DNA of 64,000 nt from Bacteroidia bacterium (lineage in GTDB: Bacteria; Bacteroidota; Bacteroidia; M30B66), in assembly GCA_965279035.1 (NCBI GenBank), contig OZ257142.1:2048001-2112000 (forward strand), written 5' to 3'. Below, one piece after another: positions 39,034 through 49,298 of the stretch. Both the position numbers and the translations under genes were made by a program. Below the pieces are notes generated by a model, which made no database searches, was not told the origin of the DNA, and was given only the letters and a program-made list of their open reading frames with translations. Position 1 is the stretch's first letter. Each line of letters begins with the position of its first letter.

Positions 39034-39891
39034 TTAATTTCGAATAAACAAATAGCTAATCGTTCCAACTTGCAATTCGGCTGCATCGGGATTTGAATTG
39101 AATCTAGCTCGTTTTGCAGCAGCTTCAGCTTCGCGAAATAATGACGCATCTTGAACAGTTGTACCGCGGGCTCCCGCTTTTGCTTTAACGACTTTCCCTG
39201 TTTTATCCACACTTATTTCTACCACTACTTTCCCCGATTTTGGAGAATTATACGCTGGTTTAGGCAGTGATGAAGGTGTTCTATTATCTAAACTATACGA
39301 TATTCCACCTCCAGTTCCAGGACCTTTACCTGGGCCTTTACCGGGACCTTCTCCTTCTCCCTCACCATCTCCTTTTCCATTGCCCCCCTTACCTGTATAG
39401 GCATGTGCATAAGGATCTCCATTTTCTTTCCCTTGATTCCCTTCTTTCCCCGTATTTCCTTCGCTACCGCCAGTTTTTGATTTTCCGGGATATAATGCTC
39501 TACGTTCTACAACAGGTTCAACTGTTTTAGTAATGACAGGTCCATCCGTTTTACGTTTTAATTCAACGTATTCCTTTTTGGGTTTCACTTTTACCTTTTC
39601 AATATCAGGAACATAATTCTCATCATCATCCGATTGTAAAATGTTCGCCTGATTTGCTGCTGTTGGTTGTGGAGATCCTGCTGATGATAATTGATCTGGA
39701 TTAGTCATTCCCATTCCATCTTCCGAATTCCCGAAATTCAATTCAACACCCAATCCACCACCGCCATCTTCGGGGAAGGGTGGGAGTGGAGTGATAATTT
39801 TATACAGGATAAATAGCAACAGTAAAATCGCATGAAACGCAATCGTGATGGCTGTTGCGTAATATTTATCGGATTTCTGACTTAGTTCCAT
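39034..39891 (-). CDS. energy transducer TonB family protein
   Basis: N-terminal TM with FH, Gly-rich linker, GKVVVEISVDKTGKVVKA, QVGTISYLF. Confidence 0.85.
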   Translation of the reverse strand: MELSQKSDKYYATAITIAFHAILLLLFILYKIITPLPPFPEDGGGGLGVELNFGNSEDGMGMTNPDQLSSAGSPQPTAANQANILQSDDDENYVPDIEKVKVKPKKEYVELKRKTDGPVITKTVEPVVERRALYPGKSKTGGSEGNTGKEGNQGKENGDPYAHAYTGKGGNGKGDGEGEGEGPGKGPGKGPGTGGGISYSLDNRTPSSLPKPAYNSPKSGKVVVEISVDKTGKVVKAKAGARGTTVQDASLFREAEAAAKRARFNSNPDAAELQVGTISYLFIRN

Positions 39892-39893
39892 AA

Positions 39894-40298
39894 CTATCCG
39901 TTTGGTGCCTTTGTAGCAAGAATCATCTTGATCTTTAGGCGGTTTCCTATTTCTAGAACATCAACCAATTGCTGGATGCTAAGTGATTTATCCAAACTCA
40001 ATACAATGGTTGGTTCACTAATTCCTTCTACGGCTAATTTCATAGCAGGTTCTAATTCCTCAAACGCTACATCCTTACCTTGTAGTACATAACGTTGTTC
40101 TGCAGATATTTCAAGTTTGATTACTTTCTTCGTTACCTGCTGCGCATTTTTCGAACTAGGCAATGTCAATTTTACCACACTCGGACTCACCATCGTAGAT
40201 ACGATAAGAAAGAATAACATCAAAAAGAACATGATGTCGTTCATAGAATGCGTGCTTATTTCAGCATGCGGACGTATTCGGGATCCTCGAAGATTCAT
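39894..40298 (-). CDS. exbD: biopolymer transporter ExbD
   Basis: SMNDIMFFLMLFFLIVST, LTLPSS, LVDVLEIG. Confidence 0.9.
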   Translation of the reverse strand: MNLRGSRIRPHAEISTHSMNDIMFFLMLFFLIVSTMVSPSVVKLTLPSSKNAQQVTKKVIKLEISAEQRYVLQGKDVAFEELEPAMKLAVEGISEPTIVLSLDKSLSIQQLVDVLEIGNRLKIKMILATKAPNG

Positions 40299-41008
40299 TA
40301 TCGGGTTGGTTCGTGCAACATATCAATAAAATCAAGCGAAGTGCTTTCCATCCGTTTGGCAATGCGATCAACTGTAAAGTTGAGATAATGATAGAGGACA
40401 AACGATAAAATACCGACAATTAATCCAGCAGCAGAAGTCACCATTTTCTCGTACAAACCACCTGAAATCAAACCAATACTGATATTATCAGCAAGTGAAA
40501 TGTTATAGAAAATCTTAATAACTCCGAGGATTGTTCCAACAAATCCAAACATGGGAGCAATACCAGCAATAATGGATAGAATACCGATATTTTTTTCGAT
40601 GCGACTTAATTCCTTTTTACCAACGCCTTCCATCGATTTTTCAATTTCATCAACGGTAAGTCCTATACGTGAAATACCTTTTTCAAGCATGCGAGCATCA
40701 GGAGTATTATTGCTTTTACAAAGTACTATCGCACCTTGAATATTTCCTTGATGAATCTGATCTCTCACATTATTCAATAGATTATCAGGATTTTGAGCTG
40801 CTCTGCGAAGAACAAAAAAGCGTTCAAAGAAAATAAATATGGTTATGAGAGAGAGCAAACCAATTGGAATCATTAGCCAGCCGCCTTTTTGAACCATATC
40901 AAATAGACTCAATGTATCTGTTTTTTGTGCTGTTTCGGCAGCCGCTGATGCAAGGGGAGCAGCTAGTGAATCACCACCAACTACTGTCTGCAGGAATATT
41001 CCCATCAT
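40298..41008 (-). CDS. exbB: MotA/TolQ/ExbB proton channel family protein
   Basis: KGGWLMIPI, IAGIAPMFGFVGTILG, GLYEKMVTSAAGLIVG; ATG 41008 preferred over TTG 41071. Confidence 0.88.
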   Translation of the reverse strand: MMGIFLQTVVGGDSLAAPLASAAAETAQKTDTLSLFDMVQKGGWLMIPIGLLSLITIFIFFERFFVLRRAAQNPDNLLNNVRDQIHQGNIQGAIVLCKSNNTPDARMLEKGISRIGLTVDEIEKSMEGVGKKELSRIEKNIGILSIIAGIAPMFGFVGTILGVIKIFYNISLADNISIGLISGGLYEKMVTSAAGLIVGILSFVLYHYLNFTVDRIAKRMESTSLDFIDMLHEPTR

Positions 41009-41072
41009 AGAATTGAAATGATTTAATAGGTAAACGCAACTATTCTTAGAAGCGTATTCAAAGAACGCCAAT

Positions 41073-41100
41073 AAAAAAACGGCCTTTGCGGAGCCGTTTT
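41073..41100 (-). terminator. intrinsic terminator downstream of the amino acid dehydrogenase gene
   Basis: AAAACGGC/GCCGTTTT stem with U-tract on the minus strand. Confidence 0.65.
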
Positions 41101-41163
41101 CTGCGTTTTGAACGCCTTTATTAACAAGGTATCGGAGTTCTTGCTATTTATTCAATGTCAATT

Positions 41164-42390
41164 TTAGATCAATTGTTGAAGTGCAATTCGATAAGCTTCT
41201 CTTGAAAAATGGATACGATTTGGGCAATGTGGTGCCACTTTCTCCATGGCTTTGCGAATGATTTCTGAAGCATCTTCAAAAATTGCAGCATCACTTATTT
41301 CAGCATTATTATTCATCAAATAGGCGAAAACACGTGCCATTCCACAGTTTGAAATAAAATCGGGCACAACGGCAATCTGTTCATCAGCATATTCCATCGT
41401 TGGTCCGAAAAATATTTCAGGATCAGCAAAAGGAACATTGGCACCACTTGCAATCACTTCCATTCCGGCTGCTTTCATTCTTACAACTTGCTCGCGACTA
41501 ACTAATCGGGAGGCAGCTGCTGGAATAAATACTTCTGCATTCAAATCCCAGATTCGTGCATTAACTTCTTCAAATGAGAGGATATTTGAATTTTGAAGTG
41601 TATTTCCTTTTTTCTCTTCAAATAATCGTGTAATTTCTTCAAATGAAAATCCTTCTTGATTTATCAATCCTCCTGATCGATCAATAATGCCCACAATCAT
41701 TGCATCATTCTTTGATAAATAATAAGCTGCAGCGGAAGCAACGTTACCCCATCCTTGAATTATAACTCGCTTTCCTTTCAAGCTGTCATTATATATGTTG
41801 TAAAAATGACGCACAGATTCAGAAACTCCAAAACCCGTTATCATATCAGCTACAACTAATTTCAACTTCGGATCAGGCGTGTAATTTAAATTTTCTAATA
41901 CTTTAGAAACTCCTGAACGTAATTGTCCAACGCGGCGAATTTTTTCACCTTCAGTTCCACCAAAATGGCCATTCACAACGCCTTCTTGTGGATGCCACAA
42001 TCCATATTTTTCGGTTATAGGAATTACTTCATGGATTTCATCAATGTTCAAATCTCCTCCAGTGCCATAATAATTTTTCAACAAGGGCATCACAGCTTTA
42101 TACCATCGTTCGAGGACTTCTTTTTTACGAGAATCTGACGGATCGAAGTTAATTCCCGACTTCGCACCACCGATTGCAGGACCGGAAACGGTGAATTTTA
42201 TCTCCATTGTTTTAGCCAAAGACTCAACTTCTCGTCTATCTAACCCTTTTCTCATTCGAGTTCCACCACCAGCAGCATTTCCCCTTAATGAATTAATTAC
42301 TATCCATCCTTCTGCCTCTGTTTCAGTGTCTTTCCATTCAAAAACTATTTGTGGTCGGCGTTCTTCGTATTGTCTAAGTAGGTCTTTCAT
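41164..42390 (-). CDS. Glu/Leu/Phe/Val dehydrogenase family protein
   Basis: AGGGTRM, TMEIKF, GGAKSGI, TGFGV, IQGWGNV, IPAA, GANVP, PDFISNCG. Confidence 0.88.
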   Translation of the reverse strand: MKDLLRQYEERRPQIVFEWKDTETEAEGWIVINSLRGNAAGGGTRMRKGLDRREVESLAKTMEIKFTVSGPAIGGAKSGINFDPSDSRKKEVLERWYKAVMPLLKNYYGTGGDLNIDEIHEVIPITEKYGLWHPQEGVVNGHFGGTEGEKIRRVGQLRSGVSKVLENLNYTPDPKLKLVVADMITGFGVSESVRHFYNIYNDSLKGKRVIIQGWGNVASAAAYYLSKNDAMIVGIIDRSGGLINQEGFSFEEITRLFEEKKGNTLQNSNILSFEEVNARIWDLNAEVFIPAAASRLVSREQVVRMKAAGMEVIASGANVPFADPEIFFGPTMEYADEQIAVVPDFISNCGMARVFAYLMNNNAEISDAAIFEDASEIIRKAMEKVAPHCPNRIHFSREAYRIALQQLI

Positions 42391-42517
42391 GTTGATTTTA
42401 GATCAATTTTGGTCGCTGCAAAAGTAGGATTTGAAAAGGAAAATGAAGGATACATTTGGAATCTAAGTTTTTCTGTATTTTAGGCACGTAAAACCAAACC
42501 AAAACACTGAACACCTA

Positions 42518-42823
42518 ATGGGAACCAAGTCTGATAAACCGTTGAAGAAACGCGACGATCTCAGCAACGAGTTTCAGCGCGCTACTCGTCTGAAACCATT
42601 GAATCCGAAAGAAAACAAAAATTGGCGAGCTAAGTATGATGAAGACTTAGACGACGATGATGATGATCTTGAAGAAGAGGACGACTTTGATGAAGTTGAG
42701 CCTGACGCGGATGAAAAAGAAGTAGAAGATGATGATTTTGATCTGGATGAAGATTTATCTGACCCAGATTTTGATGATGACGATGACGAAGAAGAGGAAT
42801 TCTTCGACGACTCTGATTTTTGA
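42518..42823 (+). CDS. small protein with a basic N-terminus and an Asp/Glu-rich acidic tail
   Basis: ATG in A-rich context after a TACATTTG promoter-like element (42451-42458); low-complexity D/E tract. Confidence 0.6.
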   Translation: MGTKSDKPLKKRDDLSNEFQRATRLKPLNPKENKNWRAKYDEDLDDDDDDLEEEDDFDEVEPDADEKEVEDDDFDLDEDLSDPDFDDDDDEEEEFFDDSDF

Positions 42824-42825
42824 TT

Positions 42826-43881
42826 TTAACCTTTGTAAACAGCACCTGATGATATTGGACGTAATGCTCCAGTAACAGAAGGAAGTGTGTTGGGTATTTC
42901 GAGTAATCTTAAGTATCCTAACAAAGCAAAAATCAAGGATTCTTTATTGTCAATTAAATCATTTTCAGGAAGCTCCACAGTACTAATACTGTGGAGCTTT
43001 ATTAGATTGATCAACCAGGTATTTCTAGCGCCACCTCCTGTAATGAGCGTCTTTCCTGGCATGTTCAATATCATTGAAATTTGATTTGCAAAGTGAGTTC
43101 CGAAGGTTGCTAATAAATCAGGAACATTATTTTTTTCGGAGTACTTAATCAATAATGGGGAAATTGTTTCATCAACCCATTCTGTCCCTAAACTTTTAGG
43201 TGATTGCATTTTGTAGTAATTCAGATTTTCGAGCTCATCCAATAATTCAGGAATAATATTTCCTGTCGAGGCTACTTTTCCCTGATCATCATATTCTGCT
43301 CCCAGTCTTCGTGCTAGTGCATTTAAAACAACATTCAATGCACAAATATCGAATGCCTTTCGAATGCCATTTTCTTTAAATGAAACATTCGCAAATCCCC
43401 CAAGATTCAGACAGAAATCATATTCACTAAATAATAATTCATCTCCGATTGGAACCAAAGGAGCACCTTGTCCATGAATACTTATATCTGATTGCCGAAA
43501 ATCACAAACAGTAGTCAACGATGTTAGTGCTGCGATTGTAGCGCCAGAGCCAATTTGTAATGTGTAACCTTGTTCAGGGCGATGGAAAACGGTATGCCCA
43601 TGCGAGGCAATAAAATCAGCGTTCCAATTTTTTCCTTCTTTAAAGGAATTAACTTGATTTGCAATCCAAATGGAAAAATCAATTTCAAGCTTTCGTAGTT
43701 CGGTTGATGAAAGTGAAGTTGAATGTAATAATCGATTTCTCCAATCACTTGAATAATGAATCGTGATTGAATCATGAATCTCATACTTTATCGAATTTCC
43801 TGTTTTATTGAAGGTTACAGCAATTAAATCAAGTCCATCAACGGATGTTCCCGACATAATTCCAATTCCAGTTTTAAACAT
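42826..43881 (-). CDS. anmK: anhydro-N-acetylmuramic acid kinase
   Basis: GIMSGTSVDGLD, SHGHTVFH, DFRQSD, GQGAPLVP, LNLGGFANVS, TGGGARN. Confidence 0.93.
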   Translation of the reverse strand: MFKTGIGIMSGTSVDGLDLIAVTFNKTGNSIKYEIHDSITIHYSSDWRNRLLHSTSLSSTELRKLEIDFSIWIANQVNSFKEGKNWNADFIASHGHTVFHRPEQGYTLQIGSGATIAALTSLTTVCDFRQSDISIHGQGAPLVPIGDELLFSEYDFCLNLGGFANVSFKENGIRKAFDICALNVVLNALARRLGAEYDDQGKVASTGNIIPELLDELENLNYYKMQSPKSLGTEWVDETISPLLIKYSEKNNVPDLLATFGTHFANQISMILNMPGKTLITGGGARNTWLINLIKLHSISTVELPENDLIDNKESLIFALLGYLRLLEIPNTLPSVTGALRPISSGAVYKG

Positions 43882-43952
43882 TGATAATACTTCCATGTTT
43901 AGGGTGGCTTAATGATGAATTCATACTATTTTTGGCAACCAAACATCAATCG

Positions 43953-45092
43953 ATGAACATACAATTATCCGAAGAACATCTGATGATCCAAAAAGCTGCG
44001 AGGGATTTTGCGCAGAATGAATTAAAACCAGGGGTTATCGAACGAGATGAAAAACAACAATTTCCTGCTGAACAAATAAAAATGCTTGGTGAACTTGGTT
44101 TCATGGGCATGATGGTAGATCCCAAATATGGAGGAAGTGGAATGGATACCATTTCATACGTATTGGTGATGGAAGAACTTTCGAAAATTGATGCATCAGT
44201 TTCTGTAGCAGTTTCAGTGAATAATTCCTTGGTTTGTTGGGGCCTTGAAACCTATGGATCGGAAGAGCAAAAAATGAAATACCTCGTTCCACTTGCAAAA
44301 GGTGAAAAACTAGGTGCATTTTGCTTATCAGAGCCTGAAGCTGGTTCAGATGCAACATCACAAAGAACAACAGCCGAAGATAAAGGAGATTATTATTTAC
44401 TGAACGGTACAAAGAATTGGATTACCAACGGAAGTTCTGCTTCTACTTACATTGTTATTGCTCAAACCGATCCTGCTAAAGGTTCACGTGGAATCAATGC
44501 ATTTATTGTTGAGCGCGGAATGGAAGGATTTATCGTTGGAGCTAAAGAAAATAAATTAGGTATTCGTGGATCTGATACACATACCTTGCTTTTCAACGAT
44601 GTGAAAGTTCCAAAGGAAAACAGAATTGGCGAAGATGGATTCGGATTTAAGTTCGCAATGAAAACCCTTTCAGGTGGACGCATTGGAATTGCAGCACAAG
44701 CGTTAGGAATTGCATCAGGTGCTTATGAACTAGCATTAGCGTATTCAAAACAACGTTCAGCATTTGGGAAAGTAATTTCTCAACACCAAGCAATTCAATT
44801 TAAATTGGCGGATATGGCTACCGAAATTGAAGCTGCTCGTTTACTTGTTTTTAAAGCAGCTTGGGAAAAAGATCAGCATCTCGATTATACAACTTCGGGT
44901 GCGATGGCTAAATTATATGCATCAAAAGTCGCCATGGAAACAACCGTAGAAGCTGTTCAAATTCACGGTGGATATGGCTTCGTTAAAGAATACCATGTAG
45001 AACGTTTGATGCGTGATGCGAAAATCACTCAGATTTATGAAGGAACTTCCGAAGTGCAAAAAATCGTTATTGCAAGATCTGTTTTAAGTTAA
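43953..45092 (+). CDS. acyl-CoA dehydrogenase (short/branched chain type)
   Basis: FCLSEPEAGSDA, LNGTKNWITNG, KLGIRGSDT, GGRIGIAAQALG, QIHGGYG, IYEGTSEVQ; ATG 43953 preferred. Confidence 0.95.
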   Translation: MNIQLSEEHLMIQKAARDFAQNELKPGVIERDEKQQFPAEQIKMLGELGFMGMMVDPKYGGSGMDTISYVLVMEELSKIDASVSVAVSVNNSLVCWGLETYGSEEQKMKYLVPLAKGEKLGAFCLSEPEAGSDATSQRTTAEDKGDYYLLNGTKNWITNGSSASTYIVIAQTDPAKGSRGINAFIVERGMEGFIVGAKENKLGIRGSDTHTLLFNDVKVPKENRIGEDGFGFKFAMKTLSGGRIGIAAQALGIASGAYELALAYSKQRSAFGKVISQHQAIQFKLADMATEIEAARLLVFKAAWEKDQHLDYTTSGAMAKLYASKVAMETTVEAVQIHGGYGFVKEYHVERLMRDAKITQIYEGTSEVQKIVIARSVLS

Positions 45093-45114
45093 TGTACAAT
45101 CAAATTCATTCGTT

Positions 45115-45140
45115 AAGGGCTGGAATTCCAGCCCTTTTTT
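45115..45140 (+). terminator. intrinsic terminator (perfect palindrome) between convergent genes
   Basis: AAGGGCTGGAATTCCAGCCCTTTTTT. Confidence 0.85.
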
Positions 45141-45141
45141 A

Positions 45142-46449
45142 TTAAAATAATGGCTGAAGAATTTCTAATTTGTTTGCTCTCGAACCTTTAATCAAAATAC
45201 TGGCATTTCGAATTGGATTTTTTTCAAACCACGCAAATGCTTCATCTGTTGTTTTAAATATACGTTCTGCTCCTGAAATATTTGCATTTAAATAGGATTC
45301 CCCAATAAGAAATACCTGATCAAAACCACTTTGAACTGCTAGTTTTCCTATTCTCTCATGTTCATAATCAGAACTGCTTCCTAATTCCATCATTTTCCCT
45401 AAAATAACCACTTTGTTTTTTTTATCCATTGATGAAAAATTTCGAATTGCAGCTTCAAGGCTAGTTGGATTCGCATTGTAAGCATCCATAATTAATGTAT
45501 TGGATGCTGTTTTAATTATTTGTGAACGATTATTATCGGGCGAATAAGACTGTATTGCTTCATTTATCTGTTCTTCTTCAACCCCCATATATACTCCAAT
45601 GGCTACTGAAGCTAAAATATTTTCATAATTGTATTTACCCATCAATTGGGTTTCAATAATACTTCTTTCAGAAAGTTCCGAATTCGCTTTTCCCCATTTG
45701 AATCGTATCATGGGATTAGAATCGATAAATTCTCCTCTCACATCATCATCATTCGAATCTCCAAAACGGAATTGTTTTATACCACTTGACTTTTCTTTAA
45801 ATACAGAATGCATCGTATTGATAAAAACAAGTCCACCATTCAATCTCAACCAATCATACAATTCAGTTTTGGTTTTGATTACACCTTCTGGTCCTCCCAT
45901 TCCTTCTAAATGGGCTAATCCAATATTGGTTATCAAACCCATTTGAGGTTCAGCAATTTCAACCAATTCACGAATGTCGCCAGGTTTACTTGCACCCATT
46001 TCAATAATGGCCACTTCCGTATCCGGTTTTAAACTTAACAATGTTAAAGGAACACCTATATGATTATTGAGATTTCCATGTGTTGCTTGAGTTTTATACT
46101 TCTTTGACAGAACATTTCTCACTAATTCCTTCGTCGTAGTCTTTCCATTACTTCCCGTTATTCCTATTACATGAACATTTAAATGTCTTCGATGATACGT
46201 TGCTAGGTTTTGTAAAGCAGTTAATGTATTCTCAACAAGTAAAAATTGTTCTCCGTTTTGATATGCAGGATCATCTATAACAGCAAAACTACATCCTCCT
46301 TCAATTGCTTGAGATGCAAAGGCGTTACCATTAAAACTTGGCCCACTTAAGGCAAAGAAAATACTTCCAGTTTCCAGTTTTCTAGTATCCGTACAAATGC
46401 TCGGATGCTTAAGGAATAGAGTATATAGTTGTTCAGTTGTGTATGTCAT
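45142..46449 (-). CDS. murF: UDP-N-acetylmuramoyl-tripeptide--D-alanyl-D-alanine ligase
   Basis: GITGSNGKTTTKE, GNLNNHIGVP, EMGAS, TNIGLAHLEG, DAYNANP, KGSRA; ATG 46449 preferred. Confidence 0.95.
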   Translation of the reverse strand: MTYTTEQLYTLFLKHPSICTDTRKLETGSIFFALSGPSFNGNAFASQAIEGGCSFAVIDDPAYQNGEQFLLVENTLTALQNLATYHRRHLNVHVIGITGSNGKTTTKELVRNVLSKKYKTQATHGNLNNHIGVPLTLLSLKPDTEVAIIEMGASKPGDIRELVEIAEPQMGLITNIGLAHLEGMGGPEGVIKTKTELYDWLRLNGGLVFINTMHSVFKEKSSGIKQFRFGDSNDDDVRGEFIDSNPMIRFKWGKANSELSERSIIETQLMGKYNYENILASVAIGVYMGVEEEQINEAIQSYSPDNNRSQIIKTASNTLIMDAYNANPTSLEAAIRNFSSMDKKNKVVILGKMMELGSSSDYEHERIGKLAVQSGFDQVFLIGESYLNANISGAERIFKTTDEAFAWFEKNPIRNASILIKGSRANKLEILQPLF

Positions 46450-46450
46450 A

Positions 46451-46487
46451 AAAAAAGAAACCCCGTAAATGTAAAATTTACGGGGTT
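46451..46487 (-). terminator. intrinsic terminator between gldJ and murF
   Basis: AACCCCGTAAAT/ATTTACGGGGTT 12-bp stem followed by TCTTTTTTT on the minus strand. Confidence 0.8.
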
Positions 46488-46505
46488 GAAATCGATAATG
46501 AAATA

Positions 46506-48020
46506 TTATTTCTTCTTCCCTAATCCAATTGGACTTCCTACACGTGTCATTGCACAACGGAATCCAATATAATCAGTAGAAAGGCGCTCATCTAAGTAAC
46601 GACGTGTTCCAGAAGAAAGATAATAAGCACGATCTTTCCAAGAACCACCTTTGTATACTCGTGATCTATTATTAATCATCGAAGTCGCACCAAATTCATA
46701 CATGATCTTATCATCTTCAGCATCTTCAGAAGCGTATGATGTACTTGATTCACGATCACCATCCAAATAATTGATGTTATCTGATTTGCGATAGTTTCTA
46801 CGATCTGCACTTTCTTCTTCCGTTACATTACGGAATTTAACACGACCTAAAGAATCTTTATCAGCAATCGTTTTATCCTCATTTCGAACAACCGTTTTGT
46901 AGACGTTACCACGGAATGAATTGAAATCAGAAACATCTTCAGGAGTTAGTGGACGATACACATCCATTACCCATTCTGAAACATTACCAGCCATATTATA
47001 AAGACCATAATCATTCGGCCAATATGAACTCACTTCGTTTGTAATTGATGCATTATCATTCAATTTACCAGCAGTACCCATGTTATCTCCTCGGCCTCTT
47101 TTGAAGTTGGCCATCATCTCACCTTTAAAACTATCATCAGCATTACGAACAATATGCCCATTCCAAGGATATAGACGACGCTCAGTAATTAATTCTTCAG
47201 TTGTATTTCCAATCAGTCCGATAGCTGCATATTCCCATTCTGCTTCTGTTGGGAGACGGTAACGAGGCAATAAAATACCATCTTCCATTTTTACTTTACG
47301 TGTTGCTCCTTCACCTTTGCTTGGATCTAAGTCAACAGGATCGTTTTTAACAAGTCCTTCATATTGTCCAGCTAAATAAGCATCAGTATTAAAGTTGTTA
47401 TCAGCAACTTGACCAACAGCATCCATTTTTAAGACACCTTCACGAATCAAAATCGATTCATTTACTCGGTCGGTTCTCCAAGCACAATAATCGTTTGCTT
47501 GTAGCCAATTTACCCCAACAACTGGATAGTTTTGATAAGATGGGTGACGTAAATAGTATTCAACATAAGGCTCATTGAATGCTAATTTATCACGCCAAAC
47601 AAGTGTGTCAGGAGTTGCTTTTAAAGCCACATCTGGATAATCCACATCGTAGACACGCTTTAACCAATACAGGTAATCGCGGTAGAATTGATTCGTGATT
47701 TCTGTTTCATCCATATAAAAGGAAGAAACTGTTACTCGACGAGGCATGTTATCCCAATCATATTGGATTTCTTGCTCTGTTCGTCCCATGGTGAAAGTTC
47801 CACCTTCAATTAAAACTAGGCCTGGACCTGTTTCTTGTTCACCATAATCAACTTTGAGATAACCTCCATTTTTAGGATTGTTATATTCCCAACCAGTTGC
47901 ACTGGATGTGTCTTTGGAACAAGACTGAAAAGTTAGTCCTACCAAAGCTAGGATTCCCAAAGAAATTGACTTGCTGGTTTTAAACACCATTGTCGTTGTA
48001 TTTGGATGTAAGGATTTCAT
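46506..48020 (-). CDS. gldJ: gliding motility lipoprotein GldJ (FGE-sulfatase fold)
   Basis: Lipobox FQSC, SATGWEYN, QETGPGLVLIEGGTFTMG, YLRHPSY, RLPTEAEWEYAA, GFRCAM; upstream of murF and divergent from porU. Confidence 0.88.
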   Translation of the reverse strand: MKSLHPNTTTMVFKTSKSISLGILALVGLTFQSCSKDTSSATGWEYNNPKNGGYLKVDYGEQETGPGLVLIEGGTFTMGRTEQEIQYDWDNMPRRVTVSSFYMDETEITNQFYRDYLYWLKRVYDVDYPDVALKATPDTLVWRDKLAFNEPYVEYYLRHPSYQNYPVVGVNWLQANDYCAWRTDRVNESILIREGVLKMDAVGQVADNNFNTDAYLAGQYEGLVKNDPVDLDPSKGEGATRKVKMEDGILLPRYRLPTEAEWEYAAIGLIGNTTEELITERRLYPWNGHIVRNADDSFKGEMMANFKRGRGDNMGTAGKLNDNASITNEVSSYWPNDYGLYNMAGNVSEWVMDVYRPLTPEDVSDFNSFRGNVYKTVVRNEDKTIADKDSLGRVKFRNVTEEESADRRNYRKSDNINYLDGDRESSTSYASEDAEDDKIMYEFGATSMINNRSRVYKGGSWKDRAYYLSSGTRRYLDERLSTDYIGFRCAMTRVGSPIGLGKKK

Positions 48021-48045
48021 GAAGAATGAAGCGGTACAAAGAAAA

Positions 48046-49014
48046 CTAAAAGGATGGACAATTTATTGTGCGATAACGTTTCTTTTTCGGTTTACAGTCT
48101 ATCTGCATTGAAAATGAAACTTCGTGTGCTCCCGCAGTAGCATTGGTTAATCGAGATACAGTTACGTCGTAACTATATCCAAATTTGAACAATCCTTGTT
48201 GTAAACCAACCAATACGATAAATGCATCTTTATTACGGTACCAAAGTCCAGCAATAAATGGAGATTTCTGGAAATACATTCCCAGATTTATTTGTCTAAA
48301 GTCTTGCTGTTGTTGAAATAATATGTTGGGTGAAATTTTAGCTGGATCGTTAAAACGAGTCTTACGAGCCAATGGAATAACTGCACCAGTATGTGCTGTA
48401 ATTTTCATTGGAAGGCGACTTGAAGGAACTAAAAAAGATTGATCTGGCTGAGTAATGTGATGCGCTGCAAAACCGATAAAGAATTTTTCACTATATCCAA
48501 TTACACCAGCGCTGAAATCAACAAAACTAACGGAATTAGGACCAAAAGTTTCTTGAGTTCCGTATATAAATCCGTAACGTGAATCAATCTGATCTCCAAA
48601 TGTTAATTTATTCCAATCCAATGTTCTTTGAGCATAAGTTGCTTGAAAGCCCGCTTTAATTGAGAAATTTCGAGTAACCTCTAAATGATAGGAATAAATC
48701 CCACTCACATTTAGAGTGTTTAAAGTACCTTCTCCAGCAACATCATTCGTTACTAAAAGCCCTAGACCTCCATTAATTCCATCAAAGTGCTGATCGTAAG
48801 AAGCACTATACGTGACAAAATTTCCTGGGATTGCAGGCCATTGGTTTCGATAATTCAATACAAATCGAGGACATCTTACCGATCCAGCAAAGGCAGGATT
48901 CAAGTATAATGGATTCGCATAGAATTGAGTAAACTGAGGGTCTTGAGCCCTAACCTCCTGCAATACAGCCGTGAGGAGCAATAACAATGGAAAAAACCTC
49001 TTCAACATCTTCAC
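48046..49014 (-). CDS. type IX secretion system membrane protein PorP/SprF family
   Basis: AQDPQFTQFYANPLYLNPAFAG, NYRNQW, GYSYD, HEVS. Confidence 0.92.
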   Translation of the reverse strand: MKMLKRFFPLLLLLTAVLQEVRAQDPQFTQFYANPLYLNPAFAGSVRCPRFVLNYRNQWPAIPGNFVTYSASYDQHFDGINGGLGLLVTNDVAGEGTLNTLNVSGIYSYHLEVTRNFSIKAGFQATYAQRTLDWNKLTFGDQIDSRYGFIYGTQETFGPNSVSFVDFSAGVIGYSEKFFIGFAAHHITQPDQSFLVPSSRLPMKITAHTGAVIPLARKTRFNDPAKISPNILFQQQQDFRQINLGMYFQKSPFIAGLWYRNKDAFIVLVGLQQGLFKFGYSYDVTVSRLTNATAGAHEVSFSMQIDCKPKKKRYRTINCPSF

Positions 49015-49298
49015 GAATTTAGGTCAATTTAACGCTTTGTCCAAATAGGTGTTACAGCGGTATTATTTAAAAAGTATTACAATAATGTAAGAAACACCTC
49101 GTTTCTTGCCACGTGAGCAAATGTATAAGAAAATTCAAGTTTAAAAAACGTGTATTTGAATCTAAACTATACATTTCAATGTTAATTTCTTAAAATCCAC
49201 TCTTGTTTAATGTAATTGATTGTTCATCAACTTTGCAAAAATGCGTTTTGAACATGTCATTAAACTAAACTTTTTCCCTAATAGAAGTTCATTTCTCT

